From the NCBI GenBank assembly GCA_965153285.1, contig OZ229114.1: DNA of 64,000 nucleotides, one strand, 5' to 3'. Shown piece after piece: positions 11,946 through 48,094 of this stretch (the stretch's first letter is position 1; each line of letters starts with the position of its first letter). The notes below the pieces were generated by a model, which was given only the letters and a program-made list of their open reading frames with translations, made no database searches and was not told where the DNA came from. The position numbers and the translations under genes were made by a program. The DNA comes from Podarcis tiliguerta (lineage: Eukaryota).

Positions 11946-13669
11946 TTCTATCAGTTTGACTAAGCAGCTATTTAGAAAAATGGGCACCACCTCATCACTT
12001 TATTAGGAATGGCTTCCTTTGCAGCATGCAACCTGTGCTTGCAAAAGCAATCTGTTGGCTAGCTCTGGTTATTGGTTGTACGTCGCTTGTGGTACAACCA
12101 ACACCCAGTACATGTGCCATGCTTGATTCTTTTCTGTGGTGTCCTCTGTATGTTGTTGTTTGTTTTTCGCTCTGCATCTTCTGTCTGTAGGAAGAAAACT
12201 TGTTAAATTGGGCCTGACAAGCATTTTGCAGTTCTAAAGCACCACATCAGCAGCTCACCTTTTGCAATATTTAATAAGCATTTGACTTTCTGCACCAGCT
12301 TCATTTAGTTATGCCATTCCATCGTGCAGTAACATAATGTGAAAAATAACTTGGGAAAATGCTGATCAGTAATAAGAGGAGTTGGGTATGAGGTTAAGAT
12401 GAGTATAAAGCTGTTTTGAACTCTTGAATCTACTGGATTGACGGTTTTGTTTGTTTGTTTGTTATACCACCAAATCCATATCAGTTTTCTATTTATCTCG
12501 CTGAAGCAGTGCTCTTAGTTTTGCCAGTTGCAGCCCTACCACATTTTATCTGTGTTAAGGATATAAACATGTAAGGTTTCTGAAGTAGGTTTCGTTCTCT
12601 AGTGCAGGGGTAGCTTTCAGTTCTTGGAATGTATTTTTGTTTATCTGCAGATATTGGGACAGCTGAGCAGAGGGAATATAGACACAGCTGAGCTATTCAA
12701 ACAAGGTACGGAGACAAGTTTCACCACTCTGCTCCCAGTGCCCTTATATGCCATTCCAACCTTCCTGCACTGTAGTGTTGTTTTGTGTTTTTATTATACC
12801 TTTTAAAAAAAGTTTATGCCGTATGAATAGACCCACTGAAAGCAGCAGGCTAAAATCCATTTATTTCATTGGATCTACTCTGACTAAGGTTGGGCATCCA
12901 CCCATTTTGATTATATTGGCTCTCCTAATGAAGCAGATAGGAAAGTCAAAATGGTTGAAAATAAAGAGTAAATTTCAGAGTGCTAAGATTGCATCCATCA
13001 CTAGCAAACCTATCTAAAATGATGAAACAGTAGGCACCCAAAAATATTTAGAACAAGGTGAAAATCTGAGGCATTATCTGCACCCAGTTTTGCCCATCTT
13101 GGGAGTCGTAAGACATTCCAGCGCTCAGTTCCTTTTTCCCAGCATGTACAGCATCCAACACTGATTGCAAGTAGGCTTGCTGTTTCTTCATAGCCGCAAA
13201 TGGACACTAAAGTTTGCTTCTCTGCTGGAGTTTTGTAATCAGAAGAGTTTGTGCAATTTTCTCTTACCCTGAGGTTTGCAGTAGGCTGCTCCCTCCCTAG
13301 GCTGCTTAATCAAGCCTTCAGAGCAAGCTGGATGAGAAGTGTTTTTTATTAGGGGAAAATTTGTCTAAAAGATAAGACTGGCCTTTCTACACAAAACAGC
13401 AGCAGCTTCTACTTACTTTCCATTCTAAGAGGGCCCCCCAGTGGACAAAAGGGCGTTTTTCCGCCCTCCTTTTTGAACTCCCAGAGAGTATTTATTTTCA
13501 TCAAAGAGAGTTTTGGATTATGTTAACATGCCCACACAGCAAAAAGGTTTGGCTGTATATGGGCCTGCAAAGTTAAACGTTATAGACAGATACTGCTTGG
13601 TTTTTTCTCTCGTTTTTTGGACTATGTAATGATTTTTACACCACGCTTAGATTATAGCCAACCTTTTTC

Positions 13670-13678
13670 TTTATTAAA
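13670..13678. terminator. overlapping poly(A) hexamers TTTATTAAA (AATAAA on -, ATTAAA on +)
   Basis: Lies between the convergent stop codons in UTR-like U/A-rich context. Confidence 0.35.
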
Positions 13679-16059
13679 AAAAACCTTTTCTAAAATAGCA
13701 ATGGATTGAAAAGACACATGTACAACAAATAGAAAGTATTATTTTTAGCTAGGAACACAGTAACAACTTCATTCTATGGTGAGTTAAATGAACGCTTTGG
13801 GTCTGAAACTGCCTGCTTTACATATTGACTTTTTGTGTCCCTAGCCCACCCCCCCACCCCCCACTATCAGCTATAGTGTTGAGGTGGAGGAAACACAGCG
13901 CTGTGTGTCAGGATGAGATCTGTGGCACAGATGCTGGGGTACACCTCTGGCACCTTCCCCCTTGATGCTTCCAGTTTATTGACCCCTCTGCCTCCCCTGC
14001 CCTTATTCCCCCATCTTAAACACTTGCACCAGCAAAGAGAGACAAATGCAGTACAGACACCACAAGACACGTACAATGGCAGTGACAAGGCGCACACTGG
14101 CACAATTAATTCCTAGGGTCAATGTAGACCCATTACTTCAACAACTGTGGATGCTACTTGTATGACAAATGGTAAAATACCTGTTGCTTTCAGAATGGTG
14201 GCACACATGGTGTAGCTCTTTCAGATGGGCCTGTAACCTGTGGATAGTGGATATGCTTGTACTGTGGTTTTAAAAAGCCTGGTTTTTTTAAAAATACACG
14301 GTGATTACATTACACAGGTGGCTTTTTAGCTTAAATGATATATTGTCTGCAAACTTAAGAAACTGTTCTCCCCTGATATGAAGTAACCCCCTGGAGATTG
14401 TTTCCCTCTCAAAAGAAGAAAGGAGAAAATGTATACTCACAAATTTAGGGTTTGTGCCCGCCTTGTGAGTTTCTGGCCTTTCCAATTGATGCCCCAATGA
14501 TCCAGACAGCATTAAGTACTTCTAAGACTACAATCCTATGCATGCTGACCTGGCACAAGTCAATGGGGTATACATACTAAGAAAGCAAACATGGTTAAAC
14601 AGCAAATTCTTATTGATTGTCAGGGTAACCTGCTTAGGCACATGCTTGACTCAAGCCATTTTGGCTGAATCTTGGAGCTAAAGGGGGGTGGGGGAGAGAG
14701 ATGGTTTACAAATGGCAGAAGACTGGTGTGGGATGAAAAATCCTGTGTGAATATTCCTTTCCACCCCACCACCTATTTCTGGAGCAATAAGAAAACTCCC
14801 AGCAAAGTAGTAGAGCAGGAGTCACTCATTGCCTAGAAGTCACAGCAGTTAATTAAATCAAAGTACACCAATTGCTGTACACTGCCCTATGTTATCAGTA
14901 TTTCCCCAGGGGCAAATATCGCTTCTACTGCTGAGGGGGGAAAGCTGTTTTTTCATAATAAACTAGGTAGTTTGGGGAAAGATGGTTGGAGATCCTGCAG
15001 CGACTGACCAGCAGGAGTGCACATTTATTGCACAAGAAACTGTTCATCTGAAAAGGCCCTTGGATAGCGAGATACTGAGCTCAAGCACCTGTGGCCTTTA
15101 CAGCATTTAGTACTGTGTTAGCACAAACAATTTAATAAAAAATTCTTTCCTTTGTATACAGCTAGCTTTGAAAAATTATTCATATTCAAGGTTAAAATTC
15201 AGGAACCTGACATTTTTGGCACAGAGTCCACACCTAACTCTGCCTTATATACATAATTTAATCTCCTTGGGTTTGGGGAACACAGCTCAGTCAAGTTCTA
15301 CCTTGGTCTAATTATACTTTTGTTTACAGAAAACAGAATGATAAGAATATATTCAAGGGTAAAGGGGTGGAATTCCCCACTCTTCCAAATGTTTGGATGA
15401 TTAAATTCACCATACTTGGGTAAACAAATTCCCCTTCGCTTTTGTGCACTTAACTTCCATACAGTATGCCAACTATTGTGCAGAATATGATGATGTGGCA
15501 TCTGTTCCTACACGCTACTATTACATGTATATTATTAACCTGAAGCATTCCAGAGTAACTAAAGTGCATTCAAATCACCCCACAGCATACTTAATCACAT
15601 TTTGGAAGCTAGGACAGAAGATTCCACCCCTTTATTCCTCAAATGACAGATGCAGTGGCTAAAGAATTACGTTAAATCTTTGTGGATTGGGGCCAGAAAG
15701 TCATTTAAGTTCCCATCCATGCACAGCCTCTAATCTATAGCATTTAAGTGTAGATCCTTAGTCATAATGAGATGTCTCTGCTACTTATGCCCACTGGAAA
15801 GCCCTTCTTAATCACAGAAGTTGTCTGTGGGTATTGGAATGTCTAGTAACCTGTGAACCCAGTGCCGACAACTGATAATAGCTCTTCTCAGTGCTATTTT
15901 TTCTAGAAAAAGAGGTGCCAGAACTCACCAAGAACGCCTCCCTTTGTTCTTTTATTGGCAATGGAACCCACATGAGAGGTACTGGAACTGAGTTCCGGCT
16001 GAAAAAAGCCCTGGCTCTCCTTGTACAAGCATTAAACATTGAAAATTAAGAAGCTGTAG

Positions 16060-16327
16060 CAGTGGTTGTCACCCACTGGGACTAGTTGGATGGGAGGCCA
16101 ACAGTAGGTGGCACCAGAGCCAATGAAAGACATAGCCAACTAATTTTAAGTTTTGTCCCCATCCTCCTGAGTGCTACAAGGGCAGAACTGAGGCTAAGGA
16201 GGAGAATGTTCACTGCCAGTGCCAGTCCTGGACTGGTTGTGAGTAAGAAGGCAGGCAGGCGGGTGGGAACTGGCTAAGGGTTGGTGGGACACTGCCCCCA
16301 TTTGCCCTAACAAATGAGCCTCCACTG
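16060..16327. mobile_element. non-autonomous hAT element inside the predicted AFAP1L2 3' UTR
   Basis: cagtgg...ccactg termini; 8-bp TSD agctgtag/agctgtac; related inverted copy at 61401-61666. Confidence 0.65.
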
Positions 16328-16945
16328 AGCTGTACTCGTTTTTTGGTCAGGAATTCTTTGTGGAAAGTCAGGCTGCATTGTGTACAACAATAATAATACC
16401 TTTTAGCTGTGTCTCTTGGTCTCCCTGGCCAAAAGAGTCTCCGTTGGTTGGAACAGCTCTTCTCCAACAGAAAAGTCTGACACAGAGACTTGTATTTACT
16501 TAACCAGCTTTCAGGATTTTAGCTCAGGAAACTGAATTTACCTCCGTGATCCCCAGGCCCTGGTGTATCAGAAGAACATTAAACAGATCTGGCAAGAATT
16601 CAGTCCTTGCTGTTCTATTGCTAACAACAAATCCTGGATTGGACAACAGTAAAACACCAAAGTAGAAATACACAAAGGCATCATTATGTACATTGGCCAG
16701 GTTATAAGCAAGGTTTCCACTTGGGTTAACTCTCTCAGCTGCACAGTACTCCTCTGCTAAAAAAGGAGCAAATTCCTTAGTCTGATGAAGGCCATGTTGG
16801 GTTCTGACCCTGGTCCACCCATTATTTCTTGCTGTGCAGCTGGCCATGCTTTACCTCATCTAGACCATTCTGTACTTGCAAGAGAATCCTGTAGTCCACG
16901 AATGGCCACTTCTAATATTGAGTCCAATATTGGTGCTAGGATTTC

Positions 16946-39613
<22,668 letters not shown>

Positions 39614-39934
39614 CTGAAGTAGACATAAAACAGATTTGCAAATGCTATTATGCCCTGTACAGTGGTTAAATATATAAAAGGGATTTATAGCGATCCTTGA
39701 AGAACCCAACATTTCTTGAATCAGTTTGCATTTTAAACCAAAACCTATACTTTTAGAATCAGCCCATTTTCCACTGTCCATTTTACCTTACATCTCATGC
39801 ATTAAATGCAAAATATAACAGCTTGGGACCAGTTTATCTGCAAGATCGCCTTACCCCTTATGTCTACTCAACTGCTTTGATGAATGGAAAGGGCACTGTT
39901 AAAGGAGACTCTTGATATTCCATCCACACTTACG

Positions 39935-40230
39935 GGAAATGGATCTTTTAGCGTGGCAACATTTTTCCTTTGGAACTCCCTGCCTCCTGACATCAGGAAA
40001 ATGCCTTCACTGTATTCTTGGCAGTGCCTGCTTAAAACATTTTCACTGAGGCAAAAGTATCCAGACACATAGAATCGACTACTGTCGATTTCAATCCCCT
40101 TTTGAACATTTTTAAATACCTGCTTTTAACTTTTATTCAGAATTTTAATGTTTTATTTTATGTTTTCATAAACAACTTAGAGGTTTTCTCTCAATAAAGC
40201 GGTATATAAATTTTATTAAATAAACAAATA
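39935..40230 (+). mobile_element. L2 LINE 3' remnant
   Basis: tggaactccctgcct...gcggtatataaattttattaaataaacaaata, an L2-type end. Confidence 0.65.
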
Positions 40231-41945
40231 CATGCAAAAGATACTTCTGGACCAAATTTTTGACTCTCTATACTAAGAGTTGCTGGACTATCTGAATCTT
40301 GCAGGAGATGATTCAAACTTTTCTTTTGAATGCTGGAATCTCAAGCAACATTAACAACCTTTTCAGTATGCGCACACATAAAAATGACTTATTACAAAAC
40401 ATGTGAAATGTAAGATGTGAAATTTCTCTTGTTCAACACTTGGTGCAAACCTTTTCTTTTCTTACTCCCATTGGATATGTTACTAACAGTAACAGAGATT
40501 GGATTGAACATAACACATTCAAAACGCTACACTATAATCCACAAGCCAGTCCTTTGCTATTTGTATTCCATTTCATCACCTTATAACGATGCTCAAACAC
40601 AGGGAAGATGGCAACATGAGAGACAAGGCCCTAATACTATTAGCTGGGACAATTTAGACAGCTGTGAGTGAAACAGATCTCTGGAACGCTTGCATGATTT
40701 AACAAATTTGATTCCCCCAAAGCACCATCCTTTCCCACAAAACAATGCAAGATTTATTTGTACGGAGAGATGAACACCTTATGTACAGAATGACTTCTAA
40801 AAGTTGACCCAGGTCAGTGTTCTTCAAACGGAGCTATGAATAACATTTCTCTGCATCCACAAATCTAGCCCAACAAACCTGAAGGGGAGATTTTCCCAGA
40901 CCCTCCTTTCCATCTCTTCCTCCCCTCCTCTTCCAAACATCTGTCTAAAACTTTCTGAGCTGGCACCATTCATTTCCCTAGCAGACTGCCTTGGCAGAAG
41001 GCACTTGACTTGCAACGGCTCCATTCTTTGTCTGCTACAGAAAAATCAACAGACCAGCTGATCATTCGGTGCCGGTTTAGAGTAAGCATTCAAGTTGCTG
41101 AATGGTGGGTGCTGCTGGCTTTTTGTGGATTTTCCAGCCCATCCTGCCAGGCACATTCCAAGGCTTACAGGGGTCGGCTGCTGCTGTAGGGAAAGGGAAA
41201 GTAGATTTGTGATGACAGAAGGAGAAAGCTATTCTCTCCAACTGTGAAAAGAAACAGATGTGTTGGTAGGGGCTGCCGAAGCAGCTGGATGACTTTTAGG
41301 AGGACAACGGACCTTCCAAAGGGAACAAAACATGCACTGATACAGAAAAGCAGGCCCTCTGGTGCAACCCACTCGCCTGAGACCCCAGACAAGAATAAAG
41401 ACAATGGTGAATTATCCACGGCAGAAGGAGAGGGATCGTTATGCTCCTTGGTCTGCACCAGTCGCCAGTGAATTCAACTTAAGGAAAATCAGAGGCGTAG
41501 ATGTGTTGAATTTTTGGGGTGGGGTGGGGGTGGGGAAGGCGCACTGATCTTGAACTTGTTTTATCTTTTTAATTTGTGGAATACGGTAGGTCGCTATAGA
41601 AGGCAATTAGGTGGAAACAGCCATTTCCCATTTTGTTTCTAATTTCTGGCCATGTGGCTATTAAATAAGAATGATCTGGAAAATGAATATTATTCTGTTC
41701 CTGTGGTCTTTTAAAAAAATGCACACTATTAGTCACCAATTGACATTTTTAGCACAAAATTATCTTTTAAAAAAACCATGCGGCAAATGAACTCTACTCT
41801 ACCTCTGCGGATGCGGTCTTAAACGGATGTGCACTTTTAGTCACCAGTTACAATTTTTATCACAGAGAAAAAACATATCGGCTTTTCCCCAAGTATATTT
41901 GTCTACTATGGCATGAGGTTGTGAGATCTTGCACTGAAAATTATA

Positions 41946-43285
41946 CAGTGAGGGGGGAAAGTATTTGATCCCCTGCTAAATTTGCCCATTTGCCCTCTGA
42001 CAAAGGAATGACCAGTCCATAATTTTAATGGTAGGTTTATTGTAGCTGTGAGAGACAGAATAACAACAGGAAAACCCCCAGAAACCCAGAAGACAAAAGT
42101 CAGAGATTGATGTGAATTATAATGAGTGAAATAAGTATTTGATCCCCTATCAACCAGCCAGATGTCAGGTTACCTGGTATCTTCACTGTATGTAACGAGC
42201 TGAGATTAGAAGAACCTGCTGTAAGGGAGAGGTCTTACCTGTAATCCCAGCTCGTTAAGACACCTGTCGACAGAAGCAATCAATCCAGCAGATTCCAAAG
42301 TAGCCACCATGACCGAGACCAAAGAGGTGTCCAAGGATGTCAGGGACAAGATTGTAGACCTGCACAAGGCTGGACTGGGCTACAAGACTATTGCCAAGCA
42401 GCTTGGTGAGAATGTGACAACAGCTGGTGCAATAATTCGCAAATGGAAGAAACACAAAATAACTGTCAACCTCCCTCGGTCTGGGGTTCAATGCAAGATC
42501 TCATCTCATGGAGTTGCAATGATCAGGAGAATGGTGATGAAGCAACCCAGAACTACACTGGGGAAAATTGTCAATGATCTCAGGGCAGCTGGGACCATAG
42601 TCACCATGAAAACAGACATATTATGCTTTGGGGGTGTTTTTCTGCTAAGGGGACAGGACACCTTCACCGCATCGAAGGGACAATGGACGGGACCATGTAT
42701 TGTCAAATCTTGGGTAAGCACCTCCTTCACTCGGCCAGGGCATTGAAAATGGGTTGAGGATGGGTGTTCCAGCATGATAATGACTCAAAACACACGGCCA
42801 AGGCAACAAAGGAGTGGCTCAAGAAGAAGCACATTAAGGTTCTGGAGTGGCCTAGCCAGTCTCCAAACCTTAATCTCATCAAAAATCTGTGGAGGGAGCT
42901 GAAGGTTCGAGTAGCTACACATCAGCCTTGAAATCTTACTGACTTGGAGAGGATCTGCAAAGAGGAGTGGGACAAAATACCTCCTGAGATGTGTGCAAAC
43001 CTGGTGGCCACCTACAAGAAACATCTGACCTCTGTAATTGCCAACAAGGGTTTTGCCACCAAGTACTAAGCCATCTTTTGCAAAGAGATCAAGTATTTAT
43101 TTCACTCATTACAATACACATCAATCTCTGACTTTTGTGCTCTGGGTTTCTGGGGGTTTTCCTGTTGTTATTCTGTCTCTCACAGCTACTATATACCTAC
43201 CATTAAAATTATGGAGTGGTCATTTCTTCATCAGAGGGCAAACAAGCAAATTTAGCAGGGGATCAAATACTTTCCCATCTCACTG
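41946..43285 (+). mobile_element. Tc1-family (DD34E, IR/DR type) DNA transposon, internally deleted and inactive
   Basis: TA TSD; ~203-bp TIRs (41946-42148, 43083-43285) with aagtatttgatcccct DRs; transposase remnants inside. Confidence 0.96.
42309..43069 (+). pseudogene. Tc1 transposase pseudogene
   Basis: [32 protein letters not shown]; deletion and frameshift near 42615; [34 protein letters not shown] (catalytic E to K), in-frame TGA ~42930, ends KGFATKY*. Confidence 0.93.
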
Positions 43286-46200
43286 TATAAGCTCAACACT
43301 GACAATATATACCAGGAAACACAGACAGACTGAGAAATACTCAATAAAACATGGTTTACTGGAATGTTGGATAATCAGTTTTGTTTGTTTCTTTGTTTAA
43401 TTTTTATACCACCCTTCATCCAAAGATTTCAAGGCAGTTCACAGAAGATTATGATGCAGCAATCTGCAATAACAAGACAGAACTTGCAACGCTAAAGAAT
43501 GTAGATACTTCTCTAGTCAGTTTCTTTTTTATATAAAAGGAAGTTGTTTGTTTATTTATTACATTTATATCTCACCTTTTCCCAGTGAATTCATGGGATT
43601 CCCCGATATGACCCTGCATTCAGATCATCACCAGATCCCAGTCAGCTTACTTTCACCAATGTTGTTGCATCACGTGCATTTAGACTGGTGGTGAAGGGAG
43701 TTTTTTTTCTCGATTAGGGACCCCTGGCCCACAGAAAACACAATGCTTGGGGCCTGATCCAGCCTTGTCAGGTGAGCCAGACAGAAACAGCTCTCAAGGG
43801 CATTTTCAAAGCCTATTTGAGAAGCCTTCTAAGCATTCCTCCCTACTCTGGTCCACATGATTCAACGCTGGCCAACTGGTCTCCCTTTGGGCTGTCTACT
43901 CCTCCCCCTGAACCCCCTGCCAAAGCTTCACTGCACAGTGACCACAGACTTGAGCCAACTCTACCTGTCTCTGAACACATTCTCTCTCCTCTCACACACA
44001 CCGACACATCTGCCTAACAGTACTTGTGGGATGTGTGCTTATGCTTCAGCACTGCTTCCCAGAGACTTCAGAGCTGGCTGAATTTACTGAAAGAGCAGAG
44101 GTAACACTGTGGACCAGATACAACCCATGGACTGAATCCCCACCTCTGCTCTAGGCTATGCCTGTGGAACCCAACGGTCAACTCTGCATGCACAGAGGGG
44201 AGCAGGATCATGGACCCTGCGTGTGCACTCCCAGGTCTTCAGCCAGGAACTATGGTTATGCCAGGGTTCCCAAATACATACAGGCCTTAGGCATCTACAG
44301 TTCTAAGTGCTTCACTCCTGTTCTTACATTCCACATGACATGCAGAGGTCAGAACTGACAGGCACATCAAGGCTGAGGGGTGGGGCCAGTGGACAAAATC
44401 CCACTCCTTTCCATGCACTGATTGAACACACGAACAGGAGAACATGAAAGCAAGGTTTAGGTGAGTTATTGAAAAGTAGTAAGATTTCAACCAAGATGAC
44501 AACTGAAATACCCTCAATAACCTGGCCCAGTCCAAAACACCCTAGCTTAACCAAGTTCTCCCAACCGTTTATGGTTGCCAAATAGGCTCTAGTACATGGA
44601 TGTGGACCCTCAGACCAAATGCTTCCATGGGTTTCCATTTGGTCCACAGGACTCTCCCCAGCCCACACCCCTCATCAACACTCCTTGGGTGCTTTTGCCT
44701 AGCTGCAATATGTCCTTGCAGTGTGTTAATGCCTCTTGCTTGCCCAGTGCGAACTACACAAGCCAAGCCAACTAGAATGGATGAGGAAGACAGTATCTAT
44801 TGTTCACAGGACATCTGCAGGAGAGCACACAGAATTCCTTCCTCCCCCTCCACCCGCACAAGGGACTTTCCAATCTCAAAGCATCCATCAAAAAAAAAAT
44901 ATTAGCCTTGTCAGTTTCAACAGCCAAGAATCTGTGGAAAGCATAGCATTTGTCCAAGGTACAGAATTTTGCAGTTTCGGTGCTTTGAGGAAAATGTGAG
45001 AATCTTGCAACAAAGGGGGCAAACTTGGGAGAAGTGCAACACATCACAAAGCAACAAATGAACATCTAATATGCATTTATTGTGCAATAACGACGGTGAA
45101 AGCAATTCCAGCAACTCTAATCATACCTCAGAAAGATTTAATGTCTGGTTTTGGAAACTCCTATTTGAACAGTTTGGCCTTGTCTTCCTATACAACATGA
45201 AACATGGCAAGGGAGACAATGGGCCTTGTTGCTTGTGGGCAGAGTGCCCAACTGCTGAACCCAACCAGCACAATATGGGCCATTCTGGAAGTCTGGACAA
45301 TCATCTTATTGATGAACTGTCATCTCTAAACCAGGAACTCTGAACTTTAAGTAAGAGACAGCAGAAAAGGCAGACAAGGCTTTCCAGTTTGCTGAACAAA
45401 TGACAGACTGGCTCCCCTCCTCCTTCACAGGGTGGTGGGAGGACTCAAGAAGCGGAAAAGAGAAGAGAGAGAAAGTGCTTGAAAAATGCCCAGAAGGCTC
45501 AATGAAGGAACGGCACTCCTGTCCCCTGCTCCCACACTATGAACAATCACATTCTTCCAAGTGCCTTATTGCAATGCTCAAAATTAATATAGTGAGATCC
45601 TTCATAAATAAGTGACTCCCAGTTTTCCATTCTGAGCCTTTGCTTGTAGTTTTGCTCTGGATTCAGATCACAGCACAGGGAGGGTTCCCCAAATTAACAT
45701 CCTTAGCCTGAGGTTTGAATTTTTGACTGGAAGCATACTTCCCCTGCTTAACAATGCTTCCTCTTTTTTTGCTAGAAAGCTTGACATCCGAAAGTTGACT
45801 CTAAGCCTTTGGCTGTCCAAGTGCTGTCTCAGCTTCCGACAACTTTTTCCTCCAGCAAAATCAACCCAGCATATTGTGGCACATTTACCAGCTCCAAAAA
45901 ACTCTACATGGAGAAGACAACATCAACTTGATGGTGGTCCCATTTGCTTCCTCACCAAGGTTGAGAATGTACATGCATTGGGTACCAAACATTCTGCCTT
46001 TGGCCAGATTGTCATATGGAGAGATATATGGTCCTTCTATGACATCATTAAAAGTAGGGTTAGTGTCTTGCCATCAGTGCAGATACTTGTGGAGCAGCGG
46101 GGAGTGGTGAACTTCAGCTTTCTGTACACTAACTACTGCAGTGTGTGGGCTAAAGACTTCACATGTTGTTGGCATCCACCTGTCTCAAGAGAGAATGGAG

Positions 46201-46559
46201 TGTGCCTCTGGGGGTGAAGTCAAACTGCTGCATTAGCAGCACTGAAGTGACCTTTCTGGGGCACAAGCCTGGGCAGTGTGTATGGGCTGCTCAGACAGCA
46301 GGACCTCCTTCTCGGCCTCGCTGATGTGGCCCAAAGGAAAGCAGAGAAATACGTTTGGCACCAGCTTGGCTGCAGGAGTTGCTGAAAGGAGGCATACAAG
46401 GTGCCATCCAAATCCCCTCTATTTGTGTAGGGTTTACTTCCTAAGCCTTTTCTTCTCCCAAATATATCCTGTAAGGCAGTGGAGGTTTAGCATCAGAGTT
46501 TTCCTTCTCCTAGAGTCCCAGGTTGATGAGCCCCATCTGCCCCTCACTTCCCTCCACAG

Positions 46560-46689
46560 CAGCCTTTCTCAACCTGTGGGTCCCCAGATGTTGAACTACA
46601 TCACCCCTAGCTAGCAAGGCCAGAGCTCAGAGATGATGGGAGTTGTAGTCCAACACAACATCTGGGGACCTACAGCTTAAGAACGGCTG
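46560..46689. mobile_element. hAT-type palindromic MITE
   Basis: cagcctttctcaacctgtgggtccccagatgttg / acatctggggacc..aagaacggctg; perfect TSD ctccacag. Confidence 0.85.
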
Positions 46690-47689
46690 CTCCACAGTAT
46701 GTGCATAAACTGCGTTCTTGACTGTTGGAACCAGTATTGATCATATCTGCTCAATCCGCAGTAGCCTTCTTAACTCACCAAGGGTTTGAGACCCATCCTC
46801 ACCTGGTTTATCCAGCCAATTGAAGCTGCTTCCCAGGGTGTGGCCACTGTTGCATGAACACAGCTTCTAGGAGCCACAGGCTAGACATGCCTTCTCGCAT
46901 ATTACAGGCACAGAAACCAGGTGACAGATAGGAAAAGGGGGAAGTAGATGCATCAAACAGGTATGAATATCAGAAATTAGAATAGAGCGGTATATTGCAG
47001 AAGGAGAAAGAACTTGCCAGCAAAAATTTTATTTCATATTCTATCCAGGAAAATAAGGGAACTTTTGTGATCACATATTCTTTCCCTTTGTTCTACAATG
47101 TAGCTATGACTTGAAATTCTATGTTAAATCAAACAACAAGCAGCTTGATGGCATTCTAGCCAGGGTTGTAACTAATCAGTTCTTTGCCACACAAATGGCA
47201 ATTATGGACATTAAAGAAAAAATGGTTGCCTGGTCAGGAAAACAAATATTTTACAAGTGATGGTAACTGCCCCTAACTAAATTTATTTCCTCACAGTATA
47301 ACTCACTCTGTAAGCCTGCCTTTCTGGTTGAATCAAACACCATCATATTCTCCATCACTGTAAACACTTGTAATTAAAATCCTTGTAGATTAAAAAAAAA
47401 AGAATTGGGAAAAAGAATTGCACGTGTTTCACTGCAGTGCAGTTTTCTTTATCAGTGTATTCACTGGCAAATGACCAGCTATTTTAAAAGCCAGCATACC
47501 AATTAATAATTCAGAAACATATAATTTTCCCACTACCAAATCTGACCTAGTAGCACACAAATTAAAAATGTCTGAATAGTCTGAATTTACGTAATTATGG
47601 ATTTGGGGTGGATTCTGTTTGCCTTATGACCACAGGGGTGTGCGTATGTTACATGCAACAAGTGTACATAGAACACAGCAAGTTTTTAC

Positions 47690-47836
47690 TAGCTCAGTAA
47701 TGTCTAGACTGTCAGATAGCAGCTCTCCAGCGTTTCAGACAGGCTTCTCTCCCAGTTCTACCTGAAGATGCTGGGGACTAAACCTGGGCCTTCTGCATGC
47801 AAAACAAATGCTCTGCCACTGAGATATGGCACTTCC
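47690..47836 (-). mobile_element. tRNA-derived SINE (same family as 37447-37646)
   Basis: Reverse strand: ccatatctcagtggcagagcattt..ttgcatgcagaaggcccagg. Confidence 0.7.
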
Positions 47837-48094
47837 CTATGCAATCTCTATACTTGTCTATGTGAATAGTTGAGCTGTACAAGCTTTCAAACCCTTAACT
47901 CTCCCACATACACCATGCAGTGCATGGGCAGTAGGATGTGACTGAGTGCATAAAACAGACAGTCTGTTATTTGTTAATGTTCTTCAAAGACTTAAACCAG
48001 CAACCATGTCCTTGTGCTTTATTAAGGGCTGCTTCTGACACTGAGACAAAAATGTGACTGTGCTCACATAGCAAGAGGTGAGAAAACATCTTGG

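Noticed and set aside
39614-39626. In-frame ATG (MSTS-ALEQLL) just upstream of exon 2 as the AFAP1L2 start
   Set aside because: It lies inside a good acceptor (tacttcag), and the known gene has a separate short coding exon 1 far upstream.
45723-46217. 164-aa + strand ORF in AFAP1L2 intron 1
   Set aside because: Non-ATG start, no recognisable domain or splice context; expected by chance in 64 kb.
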